Shown: in pieces, positions 18,846-30,270 of the stretch
Numbering within the stretch: the stretch's first letter is position 1
Layout of the letters: each line of letters begins with the position of its first letter
Source: an uncultured Clostridia bacterium
Lineage (GTDB): Bacteria; Bacillota; Clostridia; TANB77; CAG-508
NCBI GenBank assembly: GCA_934168305.1
Contig: CAKPNF010000002.1
Location: 98,789-162,788 of the forward strand
DNA length: 64,000 bases
Direction of reading: 5' to 3'
Notes under the pieces: model-generated
Seen by the model: only the letters and a program-made list of their open reading frames with translations
Told to the model about the DNA's origin: nothing
Databases searched by the model: none
Translations under genes and position numbers: made by a program

Positions 18846-19997
18846 TTATAAGTAATGTACTTCTTTTTGTGCATCTTCTTTTTGACTATTAGTTTGTTGA
18901 TTTAATAATTTACAATTTCTAATTTTTGTTCTTAATTCTTTCATTGATATACCAAGTTCTTTTTCAACTTGATAAAGTTCATTTTTAAAGTTTTCATATG
19001 TAATAGGTAAAGTTCTTTTTGATAAACTTAGTTCGTGATTATTTAAAGATGTATTATAATAATGATAAAAACGTTCATTATGTGGAATATCATATACCTC
19101 ATATTTTCCTGTTTCGGGATTTGGAAAAGGTGGGATAACTGAATATGAGGGAACTCTTAAAGAAGAAGTATCATTTAGTAGCCTTGGTTTGTATTTGTTA
19201 TGAGCAATTTCGTTAGAACTTTTTGATTGACTTTCCATATAAAGAGTTCTAATTTGTGTTTCGTAGTCTAAATCTTTATTATTTTTTGATTCCATTTGAA
19301 TATGTAAAGACTGATATCCATTTGGCTTCGGACATTCAATATAATCTCTTGTAATATATTCCTTATCAGAATTTGAACGATTTGAATTAACATCTTCTTT
19401 CATTCTAAAATTTGTATTAATTCTAAAATCATATAATGCCTTTACGACATCATAACAAATTTTTTTTAGAACTTTTTCACTTCTACAATTTTTATACTCT
19501 GTAATTATAATTCTTTCTGCAATAATGTCGTTTATATATGGTGATTTTCCATTTTCTATATTATGGTCTAATTTTGTTATATAACTTTCATAAGATTTTG
19601 TTCTGATTTTTATTGTAAAAACCAAGCCCGGAAATCTCTCTTTTAAGAATTCATTTTCTTTTAATGCATATTCTTTTATTTCATCTACATATTCTTTGGT
19701 ATATAATTGATATCTATTTAGTAAGTCTTGATAGTCTGGATAATTCTTTAAATATGAAAGCTTGTTTTCAACTAAAGGTAATTGAAAAAGCAAATGATTT
19801 GAGGAATCATCTGAAGTATTTGCTAATCTTACATTTAGGTATTTATTATCATCAGATATACTAACTTGTAAATTTTTAGATACATTTAATAAACCTAATT
19901 CGGATAGTATGGAATTTTTATCAAAATTAGAATTGGAAATATTGCTTTTACAAGAAACTTCGTATTTTAAATTTTTTTTAAAATTATTTGTTTTCAA
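18846..19997 (-). CDS. RelA/SpoT-domain (RSH) nucleotide pyrophosphokinase-domain protein, divergent and extended
   Basis: The synthetase-domain motifs are present: IKIRTKSYESYITKL (RxKxxxSxxxK), NDIIAERII (DxxGxR-like), PNGYQSLHIQM (GYxSxH) and ETQIRTLYMES...AHNKYK. These are embedded in a 383 aa protein with about 100 aa N-terminal and 115 aa C-terminal extensions. Confidence 0.7.
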   Translation of the reverse strand: MKTNNFKKNLKYEVSCKSNISNSNFDKNSILSELGLLNVSKNLQVSISDDNKYLNVRLANTSDDSSNHLLFQLPLVENKLSYLKNYPDYQDLLNRYQLYTKEYVDEIKEYALKENEFLKERFPGLVFTIKIRTKSYESYITKLDHNIENGKSPYINDIIAERIIITEYKNCRSEKVLKKICYDVVKALYDFRINTNFRMKEDVNSNRSNSDKEYITRDYIECPKPNGYQSLHIQMESKNNKDLDYETQIRTLYMESQSKSSNEIAHNKYKPRLLNDTSSLRVPSYSVIPPFPNPETGKYEVYDIPHNERFYHYYNTSLNNHELSLSKRTLPITYENFKNELYQVEKELGISMKELRTKIRNCKLLNQQTNSQKEDAQKEVHYL

Positions 19998-20170
19998 AAA
20001 AATTCCTCCTTAAAATAATTTAGCACAAAATCAATTATACCAAATTTTTACTGAAAATACAATAGATAAAAGAAAAAACTTTATGTAAAATGTTGTCGAA
20101 TTATTGACAAAACATATTAAATCAGTGTATATTTAATAAAGAATATATTTGAAGGGATAGAGAATAAAAA

Positions 20171-21406
20171 ATGAAAAAAATAGAACTATTAGCACCAGCA
20201 GGATCATTTGAAAAAGCAAAAACAGCATTTAAATATGGAGCAGACGCAGTATATTGTGGAACATCATCATTATCACTAAGAACAAGAGCAGATATGGATA
20301 ATGACGACTTAATAAAAACAATAGAATATGCACACAGCATAGGAAAAAGAGTACATGTAACACTAAACATATTTGCATGGGACGATAAATATGAAGAAAT
20401 AATAGAAATGGCAAAAATATTAAATGAAGTAAAACCAGACGCAATAATAGCAGCAGACGGAGGAGTAATAGAAACATTAAAACAATATGCACCAAATGTA
20501 CCGATACATGTAAGTACACAAGCAAACATAGTAAGTGTACATGATGCAAACTTCTGGTATAAAAACGGAGCCGAAAGAGTAATAATGGCAAGAGAAATAA
20601 ACAAAGAACAATTAAAATACATAATGGAAAACAAACCAAAAGACTTAGAAGTAGAAATGTTCGGACATGGTTCAATATGTTTTGCGTTTTCAGGAAGATG
20701 TTTTTTGAGTGATTTTATGTGCGGAAGAAGTGCAAATTTAGGAGATTGTGCACAAAGTTGTAGATGGTCGTACAATTTATATGCAGAAGAGAAAAACAAT
20801 CCTGGACAATTATATCCAATAGAAGAAAGCAAATATGGAACAAGTATATTCTCATCAAAAGATTTATGCTTGATAAAAGAGATACCAGAAATAATAGATA
20901 TGGGTATAGATAGCTTAAAAATAGAAGGAAGACTAAAAACAGAGTATTACATAGCAAGCGTGATAAATGTTTATAGAAATGCAATTGACGATTATATGAA
21001 AGACCCAGAAAATTATGATTATACAAAGTATATGAAAGAAATTGAAAAGGTAAAAACAAGAGAATTCACAACATTTTATTTTAATGATAGAAAAAATAAA
21101 GATATCCAAGATTTAAGTGGAAGACAATATAATGACAAATATGAATTTGGTGGAAAAATATTAAAATACGAAGAAGAAAAATCAACAATAGAAATAAAAA
21201 ATAAATTGATGCTAGGAGATACAATTGAAATAATAATTCCAAACAAGCTAGAACCAGAAATATTCAAGATAGAAAAATTATGGGATTATGAAACAGGAGA
21301 AAAAATCGATAGTGTAAGTCCTGGTGTAAAAGGACAAAAAGTATTTATGAAATTGCCAATCAAATGTGAAGAAGGATGGATATTAAGAAGAAAGAAGAGG
21401 GATTAA
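20171..21406 (+). CDS. Peptidase U32 family protein
   Basis: The N-terminus is ELLAPAGSFEKAKTAFKYGADAVYCG and the core is E.GHGS.C, the U32 collagenase-like signature. The last codons (KRD-stop) lie inside a repeat unit. Confidence 0.85.
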   Translation: MKKIELLAPAGSFEKAKTAFKYGADAVYCGTSSLSLRTRADMDNDDLIKTIEYAHSIGKRVHVTLNIFAWDDKYEEIIEMAKILNEVKPDAIIAADGGVIETLKQYAPNVPIHVSTQANIVSVHDANFWYKNGAERVIMAREINKEQLKYIMENKPKDLEVEMFGHGSICFAFSGRCFLSDFMCGRSANLGDCAQSCRWSYNLYAEEKNNPGQLYPIEESKYGTSIFSSKDLCLIKEIPEIIDMGIDSLKIEGRLKTEYYIASVINVYRNAIDDYMKDPENYDYTKYMKEIEKVKTREFTTFYFNDRKNKDIQDLSGRQYNDKYEFGGKILKYEEEKSTIEIKNKLMLGDTIEIIIPNKLEPEIFKIEKLWDYETGEKIDSVSPGVKGQKVFMKLPIKCEEGWILRRKKRD

Positions 21407-21537
21407 GGGGCCACCACACAAAATCCCTCTTTCTTGAACCAAAGTTGACGTTTTGAACCATTGGTTCAAAACTTTGGTTTATTTAAATATTCTAAAAATT
21501 TTAAAAGAGGGATTTTGTGTGGTGGCCCCTTAATCCC
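21399..21537. repeat. Family-1 palindromic repeat: two inverted 29 bp units GGGATTAAGGGGCCACCACACAAAATCCC enclosing nested family-3-like palindromes
   Basis: The units are at 21399-21427 and 21509-21537 (inverted). The inner inverted repeats are AACCAAAGTT/AACTTTGGTT and TTTTGAACCA/TGGTTCAAAA. Both convergent genes terminate (KRD-TAA) within the units. Confidence 0.8.
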
Positions 21538-22090
21538 TCTTTTCTTCATTATTGTCTTCTAATAATATATCAAGTATTTTAGGATATATTTTAGAAGCGT
21601 TTTTATTCCAATTATCCACAATTTTTTTTGCTCTTTCACGAGAACCTGCAAAAGTTTTTACTTCAAATATCGTTTCATTTTTTTCAATAACCCTACATTT
21701 AATAATATAATCATCTTCACTTTTAGGAATAAATTCAGCTACAATAGAAGTTTCATTAGCTATAGTAGTAAATTCTTTCTTAAAAACATTGTCAGCCTTT
21801 AATTTTAATATTCCTGGCAATACATCAATTGTAAGAGAAAGTGCATTTTTTCCTTCGCTTGTTATTTTTAGTACAGATTCTTCTTCTTCATCTTTAGTGA
21901 ATATGCCAACTAATTTGGAATCTAATAAATCAGTCAAAACTTCTTTAAAATAAAAGTAATTAACATTATTTATAGAAGAGATAATTTTATATAATCCACC
22001 TTCCAATATACCATTTGGAATTTTATCTAAGATATATAAAATTAAAACTTTATTTTCAGCCAAAGTAGTTGTATTATCTGAACTAGACAT
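21530..22090 (-). CDS. Hypothetical protein (186 aa), convergent with the U32 gene
   Basis: It is an ORF with an RBS. The C-terminal codons KRD-stop are encoded by the repeat unit. No confident family was recognised. Confidence 0.55.
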   Translation of the reverse strand: MSSSDNTTTLAENKVLILYILDKIPNGILEGGLYKIISSINNVNYFYFKEVLTDLLDSKLVGIFTKDEEEESVLKITSEGKNALSLTIDVLPGILKLKADNVFKKEFTTIANETSIVAEFIPKSEDDYIIKCRVIEKNETIFEVKTFAGSRERAKKIVDNWNKNASKIYPKILDILLEDNNEEKRD

Positions 22091-22231
22091 TTTTATAACA
22101 CTCCCTTCGCTTAGTTTTATGAATTATATCACAAAAAAAACAAAATGTAAATTTTTTTAACATAATCTGTTTAAAAATATAAAAAATAGTTATATAATAA
22201 TATAGTGAAAAAGAATTAGGGAGGTATAAAT

Positions 22232-23188
22232 ATGAAAAAAGGGAAAGTAGTTCTTGTAGGAACAGGTTTTGTAGGAATGAGTATGGCATATTCTATGCTG
22301 AATAGAGGAGGAGTCAACGAATTAGTATTAATTGATATAGATAAAGATAAAACAATAGGGGAAGAGATGGACTTATCTCATGGATTGCCATTTGCACCAC
22401 AAAAAATGGTAATAAAAGCAGGAGACTATGATGAATGTAAAGATGCTCAAGTAGTTGTAATTACAGCAGGAATAGCACAAAAACCAGGTCAAACTAGATT
22501 AGAACTAGCTGAAACAAATACAAAAATAATGAAGGAAATTACACAAAAAATAATGGTAAGCGGATTTAATGGAGTTATAATTGTAGCAAGCAATCCAGTA
22601 GACTTGATGACATATGTTGTTTCAAAAGTATCAGGACTTCCAAAAAATCAAGTATTTGGTTCAGGAACAGTTTTGGATACAGCTAGATTACGTTACATTA
22701 TGTCAGATTACTTAAAAGTTTCTAGTAAAAATATTCATGCATATATAATGGGAGAACATGGAGATTCTTCATTTGTACCTTGGAATCACGCATATGTTGG
22801 TTGCAAAAAAATGAGAGATATTATGAAAGATGGAAATCATCCTATGGAAGATTTAGAAAAAATACATCAAGACGTTGTAAATGCAGCATACGAAATTATA
22901 AATAAAAAGAAAGCCACATATTATGGAATTGGTATGGCTTTAAGCAAAATAGTAAAATCAGTATTGGATAATGATAATTCAATTTTAACAGTTTCTACCT
23001 ATTTAAAAGATGGTGCGTATGGTCAAGATGATATATTCATAGGAGTACCAGCAATAATTAATAGTAATGGAGTAAGGGAATTACTAAATCTTGAATTGAC
23101 TAATGAAGAACAAGAAAAACTTAATAACAGTTGTAAAATTATAAAAGAAATGAGAGAACAGTCTATAGACAGAATAATAAATGAATAG
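22232..23188 (+). CDS. ldh: L-lactate dehydrogenase
   Basis: VLVGTGFVGMSMAYSMLNRG is an NAD-binding motif. The LDH/MDH fold with active-site His (GEHGDS) is present. Confidence 0.9.
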   Translation: MKKGKVVLVGTGFVGMSMAYSMLNRGGVNELVLIDIDKDKTIGEEMDLSHGLPFAPQKMVIKAGDYDECKDAQVVVITAGIAQKPGQTRLELAETNTKIMKEITQKIMVSGFNGVIIVASNPVDLMTYVVSKVSGLPKNQVFGSGTVLDTARLRYIMSDYLKVSSKNIHAYIMGEHGDSSFVPWNHAYVGCKKMRDIMKDGNHPMEDLEKIHQDVVNAAYEIINKKKATYYGIGMALSKIVKSVLDNDNSILTVSTYLKDGAYGQDDIFIGVPAIINSNGVRELLNLELTNEEQEKLNNSCKIIKEMREQSIDRIINE

Positions 23189-23310
23189 GACAATATTATA
23201 AAATATAGAGTTAGTAATGATTATAAGCTAGCTCTATATTAATTTATAGAAACAAATAAAAGTTATTGCTAAAACTTCATAATTAATGTATAATATACAT
23301 AGATTGTAAA

Positions 23311-23364
23311 TCGACAAAAAACAACAAAAATATGAGACAAAAACGGACCGTCCCAAATGTCTCA
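23311..23364. repeat. Family-2 repeat, single arm (TCGACA...TGAGACA-N-GGACCGTCCC-N-TGTCTCA)
   Basis: It shares the TGAGACA / GGGACAGTCC-type / TGTCTCA arrangement with the elements at 38445-38563 and 44207-44282. It lies 12 bp upstream of the 23376 ORF. Confidence 0.6.
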
Positions 23365-23375
23365 CAGGAGAGAAA

Positions 23376-24753
23376 ATGAAAAGTAAAATAACTAATATTA
23401 TATTTTGGATAATTACTTTGATAGCAATAGTTTTAACATTTAATTTTTATAAAAAGAATAATTTTAATGATTTTATAAGAAGTGAAATGAATATGCATAC
23501 ATCAAAATTCCAGAGAGATTCAGAAGTAAAATATTCAAAAAATGATAGCTATAGAATAGTTTCAAGTGAAGAAAATGATGCAACATTTTATAAAACAGTA
23601 AAAGTGCAAAAAAACATGCCATATAAAGTGACATGTATGGTAAAAACAGAAAATGTTGTTGCAGAAAACGATATATCAGGAGTAGGTGCACAAATATCAA
23701 TAGTTGGAACAGCGGAAAAATCAATAGCTATAACAGGAACTCAAGATTGGCAAAAGATAGAAATGATATTTAACTCAAAAGATAGAGAAGAGGTAGATAT
23801 TGGTTTTAGGTTAGGAGGATATTTAGGAAAATGTACAGGAACAGCTTGGTTTTCAGATTTTACATTTGAAGAAGGAACAACTAGCGAAAATAATGATTGG
23901 AATTTTGCATGTTTTATATTTGAAAATACAGATGTGGTTATAGACGGGAAAGAAGTAAAGATATCTATGACTAATAATGATATATTAGATATAAAAGATA
24001 CAATAAAGAGATTTGAAACAAATATAAAAAATTTATCTCAAAACAAAATGACTGCAAATTGCGATGTATATAATATACAAAAGCCAATAAATAAATTAAC
24101 ATATGATGAAGAATTTGGATATTTTGTAGCAGCAGAAGATGTTGAAAGTAGCATAAAAAGCGTAATTGAGTTAAATAATTATGACCATATTTTTGTTATC
24201 ATAAGATTAGGAAATGAACAGTATAAAGATGATATTAAGATAAATGATTGGATAGGGCTTCGGTTCTATGGATTATTATGGAATAGGTTACTCAAATATA
24301 AGATTACCAAACTCATCTAAAAGTTACATATATAGATATGATACAAGAATAAATATATTTCCTGAAGAAGTGTTTTTACATGAATTTCTACATTCATTGG
24401 AAAGAACTTCAGAAGAATACGGGTATGATATACCGGCTTTACATGATTATGAAAAATATGGATATAAAAATCAAAAATTGACAGGTTTAAAAGATTGGTA
24501 CAAAGACTATATGAATAAAAATGTAAAAACTTCAAATGGTTATATAGGATTACCAGAACAAGTATACACTTTAAAACCTGCAAAAAATTCGGACTTTAAA
24601 TATTCTTATAAGATTGAAGAATTTCACGAACCACAAAACTTGTTAGAAGATATTAAACAGTTGTTTAAAAATGTTGTTAACAATGTTAAAAATATAAAAA
24701 AGACATTTGATAATAAGACAATTCAAAATTTAGAAGTTAATAGTACAAATTAG
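23376..24753 (+). pseudogene. Membrane-anchored putative HExxH zinc-metalloprotein, split by a +1 frameshift near 24255-24270 (two ORFs 23376-24320 and 24268-24753)
   Basis: Two adjacent ORFs in different frames overlap by 53 bp. The second carries VFLHEFLHSLE (HExxH). The N-terminal ORF has a TM helix plus a beta-rich domain. This could be a genuine frameshift or a sequencing error. Confidence 0.5.
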
Positions 24754-24769
24754 AAAGAATGGAGTAAAA

Positions 24770-25795
24770 ATGAAAGTATCAGATTTTAATTACAATTTAC
24801 CAGAAGAATTAATAGCACAAGTACCATTAGAAAAAAGAGACGAATCAAGATTAATGATTTTAGATAGAGAAAAACAAACAATTGAACACAAAGTTTTTAA
24901 AGATATAATAGATTACTTAGAACCAGGTGATTGTTTAGTTAGAAATAATACAAAAGTAATTCCAGCAAGAATTTACGGAAAAAAAGAAACAGGAGCACAT
25001 GTTGAATTTCTTTTACTAAATAATATTGAAGGGGATATTTGGGAGAGTATAGTAAGACCAGGTAATAAATTACATATTGGAACAAAAGTAATATTTGGAG
25101 ACGGATTGCTAGAAGCAGAAATATTAGATATAATGCCAGGTGGAACAAGAAAAGTTAAATTTTATTATAAAGGAATATTTAATGAAATATTAGATCAAAT
25201 AGGATTGATGCCATTACCACCATATATACATGAAGAATTAAAAGATAGAGATAGATATCAAACTGTATATGCTAAATATGATGGCTCAGCTGCAGCACCA
25301 ACAGCAGGCTTACACTTCACACCAGAGCTATTGAAAAAATTAGAAGAAAAAGGTGTAAAAATTGCAAATGTAACTTTACATGTTGGAATAGGAACATTTA
25401 GACCTGTAAAAGAAGATACAGTAGAAGCCCATGAAATGCATTCAGAACATTATTATATAAAACAAGAAGACTGTGATAAAATAAATGAAGCAAAAAAACA
25501 AGGACATAAGGTTATATCAGTTGGAACAACATCCTGTAGAGTATTAGAAACTGTTGCAGACGAAAATACTGGAATGGTAAAACCAACTGAAGGTGATACA
25601 CAAATATTTATTTATCCAGGATATAAATTTAAATGCATAGATGGATTGATTACTAATTTTCATTTACCACAATCAACTCTATTAATGCTAGTATCAGCTT
25701 TAGCAGGAAAAGATTATATAATGGGAGCATATGAAGAAGCTGTTAAAGAAAAATACCGTTTCTTTAGTTTCGGAGATGCAATGTTAATAAAATAG
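24770..25795 (+). CDS. queA: S-adenosylmethionine:tRNA ribosyltransferase-isomerase
   Basis: The N-terminus [24 protein letters not shown] and the 341 aa length fit QueA. Confidence 0.9.
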   Translation: MKVSDFNYNLPEELIAQVPLEKRDESRLMILDREKQTIEHKVFKDIIDYLEPGDCLVRNNTKVIPARIYGKKETGAHVEFLLLNNIEGDIWESIVRPGNKLHIGTKVIFGDGLLEAEILDIMPGGTRKVKFYYKGIFNEILDQIGLMPLPPYIHEELKDRDRYQTVYAKYDGSAAAPTAGLHFTPELLKKLEEKGVKIANVTLHVGIGTFRPVKEDTVEAHEMHSEHYYIKQEDCDKINEAKKQGHKVISVGTTSCRVLETVADENTGMVKPTEGDTQIFIYPGYKFKCIDGLITNFHLPQSTLLMLVSALAGKDYIMGAYEEAVKEKYRFFSFGDAMLIK

Positions 25796-25798
25796 CAC

Positions 25799-25827
25799 GG
25801 GATTTTGTGTGGTGGCCCATTGATCCC
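25799..25827. repeat. Family-1 repeat, solo 29 bp unit (GGGATTTTGTGTGGTGGCCCATTGATCCC)
   Basis: It matches the unit found at 21509, 29752 and 47348. It starts 3 bp after the queA stop. Confidence 0.75.
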
Positions 25828-25835
25828 AGGTTTAG

Positions 25836-26972
<1,137 letters not shown>

Positions 26973-26998
26973 TATTTATATTTTGGAGGGGATTACAA

Positions 26999-28381
26999 AT
27001 GAATTTAATTGATGAAAGTTTAGAAACAAAAAAAACAGATAATTCTAAAAAAATAGCTAAAATAATACTTATAGTAATGTTAGTTTTAGTAGTCTTTATT
27101 ATAGGAACAATTATTGCAATAGTATACATAAAAGATAGTGAATTAAAACTTTATATCAATGGAAGTACAAACGAAAAAGTAAAACAAATGATGCTTGTAG
27201 AGAGTGATGGAACAGTATACTTTCCAATAAAAGATATAGCCTCATATTTAGGATATGAAAGCTTTAATGGAGAATATGTAGATAAATCAGAAGACCAAAG
27301 TAAATGTTATATACAAAGTGAAGATGAAATTACCAATTTCACTTTAAATTCTAATAAAATATATAAATTAACAATTTCAGACAATGATACAAATTATAGC
27401 TATTATTATTCATCTAAACCAGTAAAAGCAACAAATGGAAAATTATACGCATCAACAGATATGCTTGAAAAAGCATTTAACATATCATTTAATTATGATA
27501 CAAACAAACAAAGAGTGTATATATATACAATGCCATTTTTAATTGATGCATATAAAACTAAAATTTTAGATTATGGTTATGAACAAATTAGTGATAACTT
27601 TACAAATAAAAAGACTGTACTTAATAACATATTAGTTGTAACTAAAAACCAAGATAAAACTTATGCTGTTATTGATATACAAGGAAATGTTATTATAGAG
27701 CCTAAATATGATTATATAGAATACTTACCAAATTCAGGAGATTTTTTAGTTAAAAGTAATAATAAAGTAGGAATTATATCTACAAAAAGAGAAACAAAAA
27801 TACAAATATTATATGATAGCTTGGAATTAATAGATAGTGATTCTGGATTATACCTAGCAAAAAAAGATAATAAATATGGAGTAATAGACTCAAAAGGAAA
27901 TATAAAAATTTACATTGAATATGATAAAATAGGTGTTGATAATACAAAATTTGAACAAAACAATATAAAAAATAAATATGTATTAGACAATGGAATGATA
28001 CCTGTACAAAAAGGCGATAAATGGGGAGCATTTGATAAAAGTGGAAACCAAGTATTAGGATTTGAATATGATAGTTTTGGATACATTGCATCAAATAATA
28101 GAGACGCAATAAACTTATTAATAATACCAAGTTATAATATGTTAATTGCATGTCAAAATAATAAATATGCATTAATTAATTCATCAGGAAAGACAATAGT
28201 TCAACCTATAATTGATGATGTATATATGACAATAAATTCAGGAAAAAAATACTATTATATGAATGTTAATAATAAAATTATAAATGTAGAAGAATGGTTA
28301 GATGATGTTTATAAACCAAATAAAAACGAAAAAACAAATTCTACTAATACAACAATAGAAGAAAACAAAACAACAGAATAA
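26999..28381 (+). CDS. Membrane-anchored WG-repeat (KWG-type) protein with an amine-oxidase-N-like stalk
   Basis: An N-terminal TM helix is followed by repeated xKYGVIDxKGN / DKWGAFDKSGN / YD units. Confidence 0.55.
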   Translation: MNLIDESLETKKTDNSKKIAKIILIVMLVLVVFIIGTIIAIVYIKDSELKLYINGSTNEKVKQMMLVESDGTVYFPIKDIASYLGYESFNGEYVDKSEDQSKCYIQSEDEITNFTLNSNKIYKLTISDNDTNYSYYYSSKPVKATNGKLYASTDMLEKAFNISFNYDTNKQRVYIYTMPFLIDAYKTKILDYGYEQISDNFTNKKTVLNNILVVTKNQDKTYAVIDIQGNVIIEPKYDYIEYLPNSGDFLVKSNNKVGIISTKRETKIQILYDSLELIDSDSGLYLAKKDNKYGVIDSKGNIKIYIEYDKIGVDNTKFEQNNIKNKYVLDNGMIPVQKGDKWGAFDKSGNQVLGFEYDSFGYIASNNRDAINLLIIPSYNMLIACQNNKYALINSSGKTIVQPIIDDVYMTINSGKKYYYMNVNNKIINVEEWLDDVYKPNKNEKTNSTNTTIEENKTTE

Positions 28382-28538
28382 TAAAATATGAAAAAAAGGA
28401 GATTTCTCCTTTTTTTTGTTGTCACAGTTCAAAAGGACGCCCTTTTTTAACCAAGTTTTTTTATAAAGAAATAACATATTTTTAATAACTTATGAATATA
28501 AATATATATAGCAAACTAAAGATACAAGGAGAATATAT

Positions 28539-29699
28539 ATGTTTAATGTAACAGTATTAAAAATGAAAGATATACTTAAATATCTTGTAGGAATTATATT
28601 AACAGTAACTTTTGTTATATATACCACAAGATATTTTTCATCAAATACAAAAAATAAAGTGAATGAAGAAAAAAAACAAAGTAAAATAGAAATATCTCAA
28701 CAAATAGATCTAACAAGTTGCTTGGATAAAACAATTCCAACCATGTCAAGTATAAATACAGAGAATAATAAAACTGAAAAAAAAACAGAAAATTATTTAG
28801 AAGAATTTATAAAAACAGAAATAAGTAGTATAAAGGGCATTGAGAAGATAGAGAAAAGTAATAATTTTGAAAGTGAAAATAAAGAGTCAGAGCAAAATGA
28901 AAAAAAAGATACAGAAGAAAAAGTAACATTAGCAAACACAGGAGAGACAAATACAGAAGTAGTTACACAAAATCCAATAACAGAAAGTTATAATGCAGAA
29001 TATGGAAAAGTAAAAATAAAAAATCAAACAACATATAATTTAACACAAGAAATATTAAAACCAGATATAGCAATAAATAATAAAAATATTTTAATTTTTC
29101 ATACACACAGTTGTGAAAGCTATACACCAAGTGAAAAATATTCATATACTCAAACAGGAAATTACAGGACAACTGATTTGAATTATACAGTGACAAGAGT
29201 AGGAACAGAGTTAGAAAATTATTTAAAACAATATAATTTAAATGTCGTACATAATACATCTTATCATGACTATCCTTCATACAATGGATCATATACACGC
29301 TCATTGCAAACAGTAGAAAACATGTTACAAACAACATCATCAGATATAATAATAGATTTACATAGAGATGCAATAGGATCAAGACCAGATTATGCACCAA
29401 CTGTGAAGATAGGAGAAGATTATGCAGCACAAATAATGTTTGTAATTGGAACAAATGAAGGTGGATTGTTTCATCCAAATTGGAATGAAAATTTGAAATT
29501 TGCTGTAAAAGTTCAAGAAAAAGCGGAAGAAATGTATCCTGGATTGTTTAAGCCTATTATGCTTACTAAATCTAGGTATAATCAACATACCGGAAAATAT
29601 GCTAATATTATTGAAGTTGGTGCCACGGGTAATACTTTAGAACAGTGTTTGACTAGTATGAAATATTTATCAGCAATTATAAACGAGATTTTAAAATAG
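28539..29699 (+). CDS. spoIIP: Stage II sporulation protein P-like
   Basis: An N-terminal TM helix is present. The C-domain ILIFHTHSCESY...DLHRDAIGS is a SpoIIP-family amidase-like signature. Confidence 0.7.
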   Translation: MFNVTVLKMKDILKYLVGIILTVTFVIYTTRYFSSNTKNKVNEEKKQSKIEISQQIDLTSCLDKTIPTMSSINTENNKTEKKTENYLEEFIKTEISSIKGIEKIEKSNNFESENKESEQNEKKDTEEKVTLANTGETNTEVVTQNPITESYNAEYGKVKIKNQTTYNLTQEILKPDIAINNKNILIFHTHSCESYTPSEKYSYTQTGNYRTTDLNYTVTRVGTELENYLKQYNLNVVHNTSYHDYPSYNGSYTRSLQTVENMLQTTSSDIIIDLHRDAIGSRPDYAPTVKIGEDYAAQIMFVIGTNEGGLFHPNWNENLKFAVKVQEKAEEMYPGLFKPIMLTKSRYNQHTGKYANIIEVGATGNTLEQCLTSMKYLSAIINEILK

Positions 29700-29701
29700 A
29701 T

Positions 29702-29789
29702 GAGTTAAGTGGGAGTAAGGGGCCACCACACAAAATCCCTGTGAACCAATGGGGATTTTGTGTGGTGGCCCCTTACTCCCACTTAACTC
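29702..29789. repeat. Family-1 palindromic repeat: perfect 38 bp arms around a 12 bp centre
   Basis: The left arm is GAGTTAAGTGGGAGTAAGGGGCCACCACACAAAATCCC and the centre is TGTGAACCAATG, followed by the reverse-complement arm. It starts 2 bp after the spoIIP stop and is followed by a T-rich stretch. Confidence 0.85.
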
Positions 29790-29835
29790 ATTCAGGTGCT
29801 TGCACTTTAATTTTTCAAAATTTTTATAGAAAGTG

Positions 29836-29890
29836 TTGACAAAAAAATTCATAAGCATATAATATAATTACATATGAATAATTATTCATA
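29836..29890 (+). promoter_or_regulatory. Promoter (TTGACA...TATAAT) with an 18 bp perfect palindrome TATGAATAATTATTCATA, a putative ArsR/SmtB-family operator
   Basis: TTGACA is at 29836-29841 and TATAAT at about 29858-29863. The palindrome at 29873-29890 lies just upstream of arsR-cadA. Confidence 0.5.
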
Positions 29891-29916
29891 CAATCAAATG
29901 AAAAAGGGAGGAAAAT

Positions 29917-30270
29917 ATGGAAGAAAATTTTACAGAATGCAACATATTGCATGAAGGAACAGTAAAAAAAGTAAAACAAAAAATGCCAGAAGACGGCTTT
30001 ATATATGATTTAGCAGAACTATTTAAAGTATTTGCAGATTCAACAAGAATGAAAATAATATATGCTTTATTAGAAGAAGAATTGTGTGTATGTGACATTG
30101 CAAATATTGTAGGAACAACGCAATCAGCAATATCACATCAATTAAGATTATTAAAACAATCAAAATTAGTAAAATTTAGAAGAGAAGGAAAAATAATATT
30201 TTACAGTTTAGACGATGAGCACATCGAACAAATTGTAAAGAAAGGAAGTGAACATATTGAAGAGTTATAA
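29917..30270 (+). CDS. ArsR/SmtB family metalloregulator
   Basis: The HTH region LAELFKVFADSTRMKIIYALLEEELCVCDIANIVGTTQSAISHQLRLL carries a CVC metal site. Confidence 0.8.
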   Translation: MEENFTECNILHEGTVKKVKQKMPEDGFIYDLAELFKVFADSTRMKIIYALLEEELCVCDIANIVGTTQSAISHQLRLLKQSKLVKFRREGKIIFYSLDDEHIEQIVKKGSEHIEEL

